Assembly: GCA_024137785.1 (NCBI GenBank) | Contig: JAHRHZ010000271.1 | Span: 23,175,915-23,239,914, forward strand | Direction of reading: 5' to 3' | DNA from: Ginglymostoma cirratum | Taxonomy: Eukaryota | DNA: 64,000 nucleotides | In this document: piece after piece, positions 13,390-25,788 of the stretch | Layout: every line of letters begins with the position of its first letter | How positions within the stretch are numbered: position 1 is the first letter of the stretch | Program-made: the position numbers and the translations under genes | The notes under the pieces: model-generated | The model's database searches: none | What the model was told of the DNA's origin: nothing | What the model saw: the letters and a program-made list of their open reading frames with translations, nothing else

Positions 13390-15950
13390 GTGTCACCAAT
13401 TACAGCCATGTATGAAACCTGTTTGTTTCAGATGATAACCTGCCACTGAGGTAGAAATGTTAGAAAATGCTCATGCAAAGTTACTTTATGGAATTGGGTA
13501 ACACCAAGGTTCAGAAGCTAGTAAGTTGGTTCCGGTCTCTAAGCTGATATCATTCATATTGAAACCTTAACCATTTTCGCAGGCTATTGTGCACAGCTGT
13601 GGTATGAAAACTGATGTCTTGCAGCAGTCCATTAAAATGGTGTCTTGATGTCCCAGTAGATATATCATGATCTTCCAAAGTAGTTCAGTTGCTGTCAATA
13701 TTTACTTAAGAATGCATAAAGAAGTTTTTTTTTTAAAGTTCTACTTTCTACATGAACATTTTACAGGGTTTAACGTGTAATTGATAATAAATGAACCAAT
13801 ATTTGGTATATGGTTATGATTATTAAACAAAGGTGAGTAAAGTTTGTAATAGCATCATGTACCCTAAAGAATAACTGATAGTTTAAACTATAGCAATATA
13901 GCATTACCAAAACGAAGAAGAGAATCACGGTGAAAGAAAAATACCGCAGGTTTTACACACAAAAGCATTAAATGGCACATAATGTCAGCTAGTCATTCTG
14001 GACGTTGAGTCTTTTTCAGGAGCAGGCACAAACTGGATTTGATGCAGGTGACAGAAGAATCGCCCAGCTGCTGGAGAACCCTGCAACACCTCTTTTAGAG
14101 AAAACCTAAAATTTAACCCCACTCAGACACTTAATTGGACAGCCCGGGTCTTCCCCAAGAACCAAGAACTGACACCAAGATTAGAAAGGGTATCTGGGTG
14201 TCTTTGAGTCGGCATGGACAAGATGGGCCTAATGGCTCCCTTCTGTGCTGTATCATTTCTGTGGTTCTAAGTCGTGAATGCCAACAGTTGTCAGCCCGGC
14301 TAAGGCAGTGGTTGACGCTTGTGCGATCTACCAGAGGTGTCAGGTTGCACTGGATCTCAGGCCACTGTGGGATGGGGAGTTTGTTTGACCTCCCTCTGCA
14401 TGACAAGTCACCTGATCACTACTGGGTTAAGGCTGGCAGCTAGCTGAGACCCTTAAGGACCTCAATTAACAGCAAGGCAGAAAGGACATCTGTGAGGTTT
14501 ACTGCCATGAACTTGATCAGTGCATTGGCAATGACATTATATTCCACTCCATGTGAGTGATACTAAGAAAGCACAGTTCTTAATTTACCTTTGCGTGCTT
14601 GAGTGCTGCGTGTGAGAAGAAAGAAAAACCTTTAGTTTGGAACACACCTGTCATATTTTGATGAAAACAATATGTGGATGAAACATCTTAATTCCTTCAC
14701 TTCAATAAAGTTGTAGATTTGATTAAACAACTACTCACTACAGTAATGCTGACCCCAGACTCCAATTACCAGTGATATCAAGAAGTTCCAGATAACTTAC
14801 TGAGATTATTACTTTTAAATATTCATATTTTACACTGTCATCCACGTCGGTAAAGGCATGCAGTGACGTGTTTATGTTTGGCCTGTTAGAAACCCTAGAA
14901 ATGCTCCCCATGCTCCCAGTTTCTTATTCCACTCTTGATATCTACTGGTACTATAATGGTATAAGGTAAACTTAACGCTGCAGCCTACAGAAATGTAACT
15001 GAAATGTACGATTATAATATCAATGCAATGTCAAATAACTTCACATAATATTTTGAAATATACCTATGTTTGCCTATATAATTTAATTTTAATATTTTAA
15101 TAACAACATTGACTTTTCCGTTTTACATTATTGAAATGGATCCCATATAAATAAATTTTGGTCTCAATTCACTTAAGCATTTCCAAATGTCAGCTTTTCC
15201 AGGCAGTTGGGAGACGGGATTACAGATTTGATCTGGTCCGGTCATGAAGTGCACACATCAGATTTTGGTGTGGTTTTCTAAACCAACATAAGGAAACACA
15301 AATTGAAAAATTGTCACCAACATTTGACACTCATACATTTCTCTTTTCCAATCTAATTGTCACTAGTTTAAACAATAGGTGGTGTAACTGCTTCGAATGA
15401 TGGGCATGTGGGAAATTGGGGGTTATCATATTGGCGCCAGTTTTCCAAGAAGCATGAGTGACCAAAGTAACTTCAGTAAAGTTTGCTGCAGAGTAGAACA
15501 CCCTAACCAGGTTTTTTTCAGCTTTATGACACTGTTCTTGCTCATAAGTTCTGTAAAACCGTGCAACTGTAAACATAGCTGGCCCTCATACAGGCAATTT
15601 TCCTGCATCTACATGAAATTAATTGATCAAATCAATGCAGCAGATATCAGAACATTAAGTAAATACCTACAACGGACCTCTTCTGATTTCTGTGGCACTC
15701 ATTTAACTCAATGAACTCAGGCATGTTCTGATCTGCCAAAAGTTCCAGTATGTCTGGGCACAAACCCAAAACCTTGCCTCTCCTTATGTTTTTGAAAGAG
15801 CAAATTGTTAGCGTTTTTTCTGCAACCTCTCGTAACCTTCAAAAAGGGGTACAGATGCTGGCATTTGCACCTTACAACTGAGATTAGAACCTTTTCAGAA
15901 AAGTGATTATTTTGAGATTTCCTTAATTCAAGAGCAACAATTCAACAATG

Positions 15951-15988
15951 ATTTTCTGATGAAGGGTTTAGGCCTGAAACGTCAAGTT
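15951..15988 (+). ncRNA. Minimal type I hammerhead ribozyme motif with intact core
   Basis: CUGAUGA (15956-15962), stem II, GAAAC, GUC cleavage triplet (15981-15983); helix III is the palindromic ACGU. Confidence 0.65.
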
Positions 15989-16082
15989 TTCCTGCTCCTA
16001 TGATGCTGCTTGACCTGCTGTGTTCATCCAGCCCCATGCTTGTTATCTCGGATTCTCCAGCATCTGCAGTACCTTTTATCTC
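15954..16082 (+). mobile_element. Short Penelope-derived element with a minimal hammerhead motif and a 12-bp TSD
   Basis: CTGATGA-AGGGTTTAGGCCT-GAAACGTC core; TCAACAATGATT at 15942-15953 and 16083-16094. Confidence 0.8.
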
Positions 16083-17999
16083 TCAACAATGATTGAACTG
16101 CACACAAATTAAGTTGCTGACTTCTATCAAATACAAAATGTCCTTCCAACCATAGTTACCTTTTTTGTCATGACCAGGTGAGGTAGTGTGAACTGGCTTC
16201 CCACTTTTCAACCTTGCTAATTGACTGTGACATAGAATATATTCACTCCTTGAATGACATAGGCTATGGTGAGAAATTTGGTAAAAAAAGAGTCAGGCAT
16301 GTTAATCCCAAGAGAGCTTCTTTACATCAATACCAAAATGTAGCATTTTCCATCCAAGACCTGGATTTTGAGACAAGCTTCTCAGTGCGCAGCAAGAAGC
16401 TCACTAATGGATAATTGCTTATTATCGCCATCGTTCTTCATTAGCTTCACCTCATCTGTATGCAGTCTCCTTTCACCCATCTGCCAGATAAAAACTAGAC
16501 ACCAAGAATTCCCAACATAAAAGTCAGAGCAAGTACCTGGCAACGCTAGGTCACCACTTGCTGGACCAGACCTCCACTGGGACACTAGGTACCAACGTCT
16601 CGAGGCACACTTCATGGGCAATGATTGCACACATCTCATATCCATGGACCTTGGTATTCGATATGTACCAGTTTCCTTGTGTCATCTTGGCACATTTCCA
16701 AACCACTTGCAATGTGTTGCCTCACTTTAATGCTGCAATCTGGAACTCACCAACACCTCTCATTGGAATGCTGCTGCAAAGACACTGTGCATGCTGGTCC
16801 ATGCACCCAGCTCATGGAATGGACCAGGCTGCTGGCCCTCTGTCTTGGCTAACTCACTTAGTGCCTACCTCAATGCTCAAAGCATTCCTCCCTTGCCTTT
16901 CCTATTTGTGCTTTCTCCCTTAGAGGCTCACAGGACTTCCATCTTGCCTTGCTGTTTAGTGCAGACACAAAGCCAAGTAGCTTGGCACAGTTTTCAGCAG
17001 TCATCAGTCAAGTGGAGGGACATGTTACTTTAAGGCATGGTGCTATGATAGTGTTAAACCTGCACCATGTGCTAGCTTCATAGTTACCATTGAAATTACA
17101 TGTGCTTCAAGCAAACAGCCATGTTTAAAAGTCTAATGGGAGCAGTCCTCTGTCAAGTCCAGGGAGCTGCCCTTCAGATAGGTGGTGCCAGTGCAGTAAG
17201 TTGAGAGCAGTCTCCAGAATCAGACCAGGGCCTTGGACAAGGTCAGTCGGCCTCTTGAGGTAGTCAGAGACTCCGTTCTTGTCCAGTACGGGGAGTTGGT
17301 CGTGGTCAGCCCTCTGGGTCCAGTGCAACCAGTCTGGGGAGTTACAGCAACACAGTCAAGGAGCTGTATAGATATCAGTCAGGAATCTGGTCAGTCAGCA
17401 ATTGGGGCTGTCCAGTTAAGTTGCTCAATGTGTTGGTCCATAATCAATCCTAGGGTTCATTCACTAAAAGTCAAGTACATTTATCAGCATGCATGGCTGT
17501 GAGAGGGAGGCCGGGGAACTTAATAGTGGGTATTGGAACGACAATGCTGGGATGCACAGGGAATTACAATACTGAACGCTGGTGTGGAGTTAACTCAATG
17601 TATCATGGAGAAGAAATGATAGTACATGGAAGGGAAAGGGATAATGAAGTAAGGGAGGAATCATCAATCGGGGCACTTTTGCTTTGAAGGGAGAGGTGGG
17701 GGATAGAGGGCCACTGAATCTGGTCTGGTTACTTGATGTGTCTGGGAGGTGGGTAAAGTGAACAGATGAAGATTTACTTGGACAGATTGGGTGGGGACTT
17801 GAAGTTCAGAGCCTGGAGGTTGTTTGGGAGGGCTACCAAGAAGGAAATCTTTGCATTTTGGAATTCATCAATAGTAAGAGACTGAGCCCAGTAATCATCG
17901 CTGGAGTCAATTTGCCTTAGATATTTGGCCAGACTCACCCCACGATGGAATTGAAGTGGAGATGTGGGAGTGTTGGCATTTGTGTACGGGGTAGGAGTA

Positions 18000-19560
18000 A
18001 GATGTTAGCTTATGTGTCCAAAGGGCCTTGACACGTTGTGTGTCCTGCCCAGAGGCAGTGTATGCTCCTTGGCTTGGACTCTCTCAGGGCTGAGGGTGGA
18101 AGTGGTAACCTCAGCCACTACTGGAGTGTCCTGAGATGAGACGTTTGGATGCCATGGGTATGGTTCCTCCTTCAACTTGATACCTCTGGCACCACCTAGT
18201 CTCCTTGTAGCAAAGGGGGCAAGCTGTAGTGTGGTTGAGGTTCCTTGCTGAGGACCAGTGGTTAGAGCGATGTAGTGCAGGTCTGTGTGTATATCCAGCA
18301 GAAGCCGAGACTGCTGGACCTGACTATCCCTGGTAACCACTAACCTGTCTACAGAGGCAGCCAGATGTTAACATGCCAGTGCCACTGACAAACCTGTCTA
18401 TTGCTCCTGGGTCTGCCTATGCATTTCTGTGGCGTCCTGCCTTGCTGATGCCATGCAGTCTTTTCCTGCCTGGGTCTGAGCAGGTGCCTAAGTAGGCAGT
18501 CCTCAGAGTCCCAATGACCTGGCGTGTTTCTTGCTTAACGAGCTGCAGCAGCCTGGCAGCGATGTGCTCACCAGCAACTACTCCTGACTCTAATCTGGCT
18601 TATGTTCCCATCGAGGCGTCAGTACCGGAGTTGGTAGGAGTTTGCAGGAGACAGCCTTGCCACTGCTTCCTCTGCCACAATCTGTTCTTTTCCTTTGAAG
18701 ATGGAAGAGGAGAGGTGTAACAGCACCTCCCTTATGACCAGAGAGACAGTAAATGTCCCAATGATACCTGCAGGAGCCAAATGAGAGAATGCATCATGCC
18801 CAAGGGATACAAACTGTGGCATCATGATAATATTCACAGTGAGGGAAATGGGAGAGTCTCACAACAACAAATGATGCTTCTTATTTAATGCTAAGACAAT
18901 ATCACCACAGGACCAATCCCAATCCTTGCTGGTAAGTGCCAAGATGCTATCCTCAAAGTGGATGAGAAACCTAATGTCAGGCATCACACCACCTGTCCTG
19001 GCTCTTTCAGCTCTATTATGGACCATTTTCTCCTGGAATGAGAGAAAGGAAGGGATTGACAAAGATGAAATGTCTAGTATAGCTTTAGTGCTGGTGCAGG
19101 TTGAGGAAAACTGGTGCGGTGACCTGAATGAGTGAGGAAACAGAGCTGAGGCCAAGGACTTTTAATATTGTGAGCAATTTGGAGTGTGTGAAAGCGAAGA
19201 AGGGAAGATGTTGCATGCAACAGTGAGAGCACTAGTGCATGAGCCATGGTGGAATGTTGGTGCAGACCACAGGTCAAGTGAGTGGGAGATAACACGTAGA
19301 GATCATGTGACCTACCTTGGTGGAGCAATGAAAGCCAGCAACTTTCTTCCTACATGTCACTTATCATTTTCCAGACTCTGAAGACTACACTGATCCCAAT
19401 GGCAACCATTGACTGGGTTGGCAGTATCTGTTGTCATGGCTTTCTTTGCTGGTCCTGAGGGAAGAACACATCACTCCTCCCCACCATGCTGTCTACTAAG
19501 AGCTCTTGGTCTCTGTGCACAGCAGGGTGCCGCTTTCCCTATGTCTGTCACATCTGAAGT
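18000..19560 (-). mobile_element. Degenerate Harbinger-type remnant with Myb/SANT-like coding relic
   Basis: The minus strand at ~19550-19330 gives AAP..RDQELLVDSMVGRSDVFFPQDQQRKP*...CRKKV after frameshifts; the left boundary is uncertain. Confidence 0.5.
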
Positions 19561-19919
19561 AAGTGTCTTCATCTGTGCAGGGCAGCTCCAGACTGCCAGT
19601 AATTGACTGACTGCCTATGTGACAGCATGTTAAATTTGGTACCAGGATCCCAGAATATCCCAGCAGTGGTGAGTACTTCTGCCTACAGTGAACCGGAGAA
19701 TAGGACTAGCATCAAAACGTGGTAGGTAGTTAATGGAGGGAGTTTGGGATGATTGCACAGGAAGGCTTGCTCAGCCTCATGGCAAGAAATCCTTCATGCA
19801 ACTCAATTAAAATGAAGATCAGCTCATTTCTGTTAAAAGTTAGCTCTATGATTTTGTAGAGCAAGGCTAGAGCTCTCTTTAATAAGCATGCAGTTATTTT
19901 ATGTTTAGTGTATTGATAA

Positions 19920-20265
19920 GGAGGTGATGACCTCGTGGTATTATCAGTGGACTGTTAATCTAAAGACCCATGTAATGTTCTGGGGACCTGGGTATGAAAC
20001 CTGCCATGGCAGATGGTGCAATGTGAATTCAATAAAAGTCTGGAATTAAGAGTCTATTGATGACTATGACACCATTGTCGATTGTCCGAAAGACCCATCT
20101 CATTCACCAATGTCCTTTAGGGAAGGAAATTGCCATTCTTACCTGGTCTCGCCTAGACCCAGAGCAATGTGGTTGACTGTTAATTACCCTCTGGGCAATT
20201 AGGGATGGGCAACAAATGCTGGCCTAGCCAGCAACACCTTAATCCCATGAATGAATTTTTTAAAA
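19920..20265 (+). mobile_element. tRNA-headed SINE with a LINE-shared tail
   Basis: The tail caaatgctggcctagccagc...cccatgaatgaat is shared with LINE ends at ~37200-37250 and ~49485-49510; a degenerate copy lies at ~44085-44370. Confidence 0.65.
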
Positions 20266-20565
20266 AGGAACCAATTCCAGGCTTTTCTTGAGTGAAAGAA
20301 TAATAAACCCCAAGTAAAATAACAGAGACTGTCTAGTGTACATATGTGTTGGTATGAAGTTAAAGAGGGATAGTGTCCAGTACAAAAAAACGATAAATCA
20401 AAATATAATTTAAAGTCTTTGGATGTCCTTGAGATTTAAGGTTTTAACTTGAGGGCACAGTTGTTAATCAACATTATTCATAAATACTATAGATCTCTTA
20501 AGTTCTCAGTTACCAGCAGTTCCTCTCTAATTTGTGTTTCACTAGGGCGATGTTCTTTGAAAAGT

Positions 20566-20622
20566 GGAGAGGAGAGAGGGGAGAGGAGAGGAGAGGGGAG
20601 AGGGGAGGGGAGAGAGGGAGAG
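20566..20622. repeat. (GGAGA)n-like purine tract
   Basis: Seen directly. Confidence 0.9.
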
Positions 20623-21324
20623 CACTTTCTCTAGTTCTGCAAACACAAATCCATATCCCCTGCTGTACCAAAAGCAGTTCTCTGAAATATTAGCTGACAT
20701 CGACGCCTGAGTTTATTTTTTATTGAGCTTGACAATTGAGCAAGGTGTCTTTCATTTCCAATATGTGAAGCTTTATCATACAGGTGTTAATCAAATTAGG
20801 AGATGATGGCTTCTTTATGCCTGAAAGGGTGAACCACATCTTTGCCAAAATATTAATTTCAGTTAGATAATTTTGTCTCTTTCACATTGACTTCATGAAT
20901 TTTGCCTGAACTGTGTGTTTATCCAATTTCTGTGACCATTTGAATCAGTGATTTTTTTTTTTTTTTGCTTTTTAGAACCGTATTAGTCTATGAAAGTCCC
21001 AGGTGTTGAAATCAGATGACAAAATGTAAATATCAGTAATATCCATATTTTACAAACAAGTATGAATATCAAGCCAACTTGAAATCCAATTGTGCTTATG
21101 AAGCTGTCATTACTAACTAAGCAATTTAGTAAAGGAGCAAAATGTGATTATAGTTGAGGAGAAAAGATTATTAATGAACAAATGTTTTTTCAATTGAAAT
21201 TATAGTTGACAGTTAACTTTCTTAATCAAAAGAACCAAAATTCATCTGGGTTAATGAAATACTTAATAAAGGTAACAAGTATTGCTTTGTTCTTCCTCCC
21301 ATGCTGACACAAACTTTTTTTCAG

Positions 21325-21333
21325 GTTTATGAG
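21325..21333 (+). CDS. NAV1: NAV1-like 9-nt microexon, VYE
   Basis: tttttttcag|GTTTATGAG|gtaagt; phase 0/0; restores KKSW-VYE-LRSSF as recalled for human NAV1. Confidence 0.9.
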
Positions 21334-22011
21334 GTAAGTGCTCTCAATATGTCAACCATGTGAGGAAATCACATAATACATCCAGTCTGGATGAATGCCA
21401 TTCACTGACATGTGAATCCATCAGACCCATCGAGACTCTTAAAGCACTTTGAATTACTTTCACAATTCAGCAGTAGCATATATCTCATTGGTTTATTAAC
21501 TTGTTATTTAAGGACTGTAGTATTTTATTATAGACTGTGCTTTGTAACTTTCATCTTGCAAAATACTACTTTTAGAATTGCCATCACTAGAGTTATTAAC
21601 TCCGCATTACTAAATTGTGAAATTTAAATAATGAATGTGATTGTATTTCATAACACGTGCTTTAAGAGTAGGTATAACCAATGTGTATGAATTATATGCA
21701 TCCATTGCTATCACTGAACAGAGTGAATTGAATATTTCAATAATGAACTATTTGTTGCACTCTGTTTGCTGTTTAAGGTAATCCCACAATTAGGGCTGTC
21801 ATGAATGTCTTGTGTCAAAACGGTATTAATTTATTTCTAATCTCCTTTGAAAATTAAAGACTGAATTTTTAATTAATTTTCTTAGCAGGTCCTGTGTTCC
21901 AGCAAAGTACATATTTACAGACATTGCACGGCTTGAGATAAAATAGATAGAAAATAACATGAGAACAAATATGTTTGCAATATGATCGTAGTTCTAGGAT
22001 AAGCAGGGTAA

Positions 22012-22252
22012 CGTAAGAACAGGCTGAGGTTGTTCAGCCCTAAGCTTGTTCCGCCATTCAGTGAGATCATGGCCAATCTGTGGCCTAAAGCCAGGTACCC
22101 ATCTTTGGCCCACACCCCTTAATACTGCTGCTTAACAAAGGATTATCTATCTCAGATTTAAAATTAACAACTGATTTAGCATAGCTGCCATTTGTGGAAG
22201 AGAACTTCAAACCTCTAGCGCCCTTTATGTGTAGAGATTCTTCCTAACATCT
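22012..22252 (-). mobile_element. CR1 LINE 3' end
   Basis: Reverse complement of the CR1 C-terminus and 3' UTR, similar to 47350-47580. Confidence 0.7.
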
Positions 22253-22344
22253 TTGGGTTGGGTCTGTTGAGGGGACAGGAGGTTGTTGTCAGGGGCAACA
22301 AACATCCCCTTCAAAACCAACAAATACTGCAAATGAAGAATTCT

Positions 22345-22452
22345 CTGGTCCTGAGGAAGGGTCACCAGACCCAAAACGTCAACTGTGATTTTCTTTTTCC
22401 TCCACAGATGCTGCCAGACCTGCTGAGCTTTTCCAGCAACTTCTTTTTTTTT
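22345..22452 (+). mobile_element. Penelope-derived hammerhead mini-element with mutated core
   Basis: CTGAGGA-A-GGGTC-ACCA-GACCC-AAAACGTC followed by the cagatgctgccagacctgctgag tail. Confidence 0.75.
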
Positions 22453-22799
22453 GTAATTACTGCTATGAAGATATTTAGCACTTCCCCGAGGCTGTCTCTG
22501 CCCTGACCCAGCCTCTGGGTTTTCTGAGCCCTGGGATTTGCGGTCAACCTGCAAATCAAGTCGACGAGCATGAAAGCCTTGAATTTAAACCATTCAGAAT
22601 GTAAATCCACTTTCTGGGGTTGGTTGGACTGTTTGACCTTGTTCTGCCTCAGTAATAGCTGGGCAGTTTGAGGCTGATACACTTCCATCTTTTGCTCAGC
22701 CGTGTGAAAATTTTCCATCAGGATCTTTAATTACTTTAGAAGCAATAATCCAGGGGAAAAAATCAACAAACACTTGAAGAGATTTGAGTTAATTGAGAA

Positions 22800-24105
22800 A
22801 AAGGAAGGGAACTAGGGATAAACTAGGAAACTACAGGCCTGTCAGTCTAACCTCAATGGTGGGCAATCTATTGGAAGAAATAGAGGGACAGATTAACCTA
22901 CACTTGGAGAGGCAAGGATTAACCAAGAACAGTTAGCTTGATGGAGTTTTTTGAAGAGGTAACCAGATGTGTAGATGAGGTCAACACATTCTGCATTGTC
23001 TACCTGGACTTCAGCAAGGCTTTTGATAAGATCCCTCATGGGAGACTGATAGCAAAGCTAAGGGCCCAATGAGATCCACGGAAATTTGGCAAATTTGCTG
23101 AGAGGCAGGTTGCAGAGGGTGATAGTTGAGCGGTGTTTTTGTGACTGGAAGCATGTGTCCAGTGGAGTTCCACAAGGATCAGTGAGGTACTTGCTGTTTG
23201 TTGTATATATAAATGATTTAGTCTTGAATGTAGGAGAGTTGATCAGTAGGTTCACGGATGATATGAAAATTGGCGGAATGGTAAATAGTGAAGAGGATAG
23301 CCTTAGATTACGGGAGGATATAGACAGTCTGGTCAGATGGGCTGCTCAGGGCAAATGGAACTCAATCTGTATAAATGTGAACTGATGCACTCAGGCAGGA
23401 CAAACAAGGCAACAGAATACATGATGGACAGTAGGACCCTGGGAAGAACCATGGATCAGAGGGACCTTAGTGTGTATGGTAGCAGGATATGTAAAGTGGT
23501 TAAGAAGGCATATGGGATACTTGCCTTTATTAACTGAGGTATAGAGTTTAAGGGCAGGGAGCTTTTGCTGGAACTGTTTAAAAAGTTGGTTCAGTCACAG
23601 CTAGAGCATTGAGTTCAGTTCTGGAATGGATATTATAGGGTGGATGTAACAGCACTAAAGAGGATATAGAGGACATTTACCAGGATGTAGCCTGGGCAAG
23701 AGGGTTTCAGTTCTGAAGAGAGATTGGATAGACTGGGGTTGTTTTCGTTGGAGCAGCAGAGGCTAAGGGTGGACCTGATTGACATGTGTAAAATTGAGGG
23801 CTGTGGACTGAATGGAATTCCCTTTCAGGAGGGATCAGTGACCAGGGGTATAGATTTAAGTTAAGGGACAGGAGGTTTACTGGAGATGTCAGGGAAGTTC
23901 TTTTCACCCAAAGGGCAGTGGGAATCTGGAACTTGCTGCCTGTAAATCATGGTAGAGGCAGAAACACTCATAATATGTAAAAAAAATTAGATGTGCACTT
24001 GCAGTGCCAAGGCATAAAAGGCTATGGAACAAATGCTGGAAAGTGAGATTAGACTTAATGGACCAAAGGGCCTTTTACTGTGCTGTAGATCTCCGACTCT
24101 CTAAC
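22800..24105 (+). mobile_element. CR1/HER1-like LINE, 5'-truncated, disrupted RT
   Basis: GNYRPVSLTS, YLDFSKAFD, SGVPQGS and FTDDMKIGG motifs with frameshifts; CR1 3' tail. Confidence 0.92.
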
Positions 24106-24109
24106 TGTC

Positions 24110-24800
24110 ATGGATTTGTAAAAGACAGACCATGCTTTGACCAATCCAGTTGATTGTTTGTTTGTTTTTTTTTGTGAAGTTACATAGAATGTTGACAGAA
24201 ATTTTATGAAAGCATTGGAGCAAGTACCACAAAAAGATGGCTAACTAAACCAGGGCTCATGGAAGATGGGGAGGAGGGGTGTGTTATTTTCAGCTTAGAT
24301 AGTTTCTGGCTTGCGGGCGAAAAGAAAGTCGTAGTAAATGGTTGTTGTTCAGACTAAAAGGTGAATGTAGGGACCCCCAAAGAGTGGGTGCTGGGACCAC
24401 TGGTTTTTAACACAAAATATAAATAACTTCATTATAGGAAAATAAAGTAAAATCTCAGAACTTTATGATGACTGCATAAAGTCATATATTGGCTAGTCAG
24501 CTAGCTGAATAGAAGTTAGAATCCAATACAGTAGAGTATGAAGTAATGCCTTTCAGCAGAAACTGCAGGGAGAGATGATAGAAACCTTATGTCATGTTCT
24601 AAAGAGTGTGCAAATACAGAGGGACTTGGGATTTATATGCATAAATCCTTGACAGTGGCAAGGCAGAGTAATTTACAAAACATTTGGGATCTTGGATATC
24701 ATAAATAAAGGTATTGAGTACAAAAGCAGAGACATTGTGTTAAAACCTTAAGAATTTCTGAGCAGGTCACAGGCAGAATATTGTTCAAGCCTCAGAAGGG
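24110..24800 (+). mobile_element. Older CR1 RT fragment
   Basis: Degenerate CLTN, GxPQxSVLGP and RDLG motif relics. Confidence 0.6.
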
Positions 24801-25788
24801 TTAGAGGAAATAAACCTGATGATTCATTGTGACTACTGTTCCTGGTGGCACTGCAGGGACAGGACAGCTACTGGCTATCAGGTTGGCCGGCAGCTCCCTG
24901 AAGCAGCCAAGATCTGATGCTATTAAGGCTTTAGAGAAAATAAATAATGTTATGGCTTCTCGGCCATGCTGAGGTTGACTCATCCATGGCTCTTAACCAT
25001 TTTTACATTGGCTTTAGGATGTGGTATGCAGTAATAATTAATGATCAAGAGGGGTTATGGAATCCTTTCAGCATTAGTTATAGAATAACTTATATACTGT
25101 GAGGATAAAGACCAAATGGACTAGCTGAGCTGAAAGGCTCATTTTGTCAATAATTTGTATGAATGTGTTAATTAAGTTTGACAACAAATTGAATATGTAT
25201 AAAATGTGTTGCAAATTTGGATTTGTATGAGTGTGGTAATTAATGAGATGCAGTTTGCAAATTAATGAAATAGAATTAAGCTACATGGAGTGAGTAACTG
25301 ATTTAGTGAATCACTAATTTCTATGTTTTATTGAATAATTAAGCTCATTATAGATGAGACTAATTAATGTATTGAATGGTGAGATGGTGGAAAATGTCGC
25401 TCACATTCTAGAAATGCTGTTGGGTCGGATTGTAAGATTGAGGATTTCCATTATATTTGGTCAAGTGCAGTCATTGAATGGAGATTACAAATATTATTTT
25501 CCTACAGACAGGAATTTGCTTTGCATTTATGTGAGATTGTATCAGTGTCTTGGGAATACCATGTAAGTTTTAATAGTTGGGAAAGTATGTGTCGATATCC
25601 AAAGATCGATTTGTCACTCCTCTTGTAAAATGAATCATCGACACGTTCATGCATTTCTGGGGTTCTGAGGTGAGGTGACATTTTGGCATCCTGTTGCATG
25701 AGCAAATTCTGTAGATCTTGTCAGATGTGCACTTGACAAAATGGATTTTCACCCCCAGAGTCAGGACCAAGACACGAGGGAAATAGTT

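Noticed and set aside
16170-18000. GC-richer block as a hidden antisense gene or pseudogene
   Set aside because: No coherent frame or recognisable protein; it looks like decayed transposon sequence that I cannot classify.
21889-21906. Possible 18-nt in-frame microexon (VLCSSK)
   Set aside because: The donor aaa|gtacat is weak and I know of no homologous NAV peptide.
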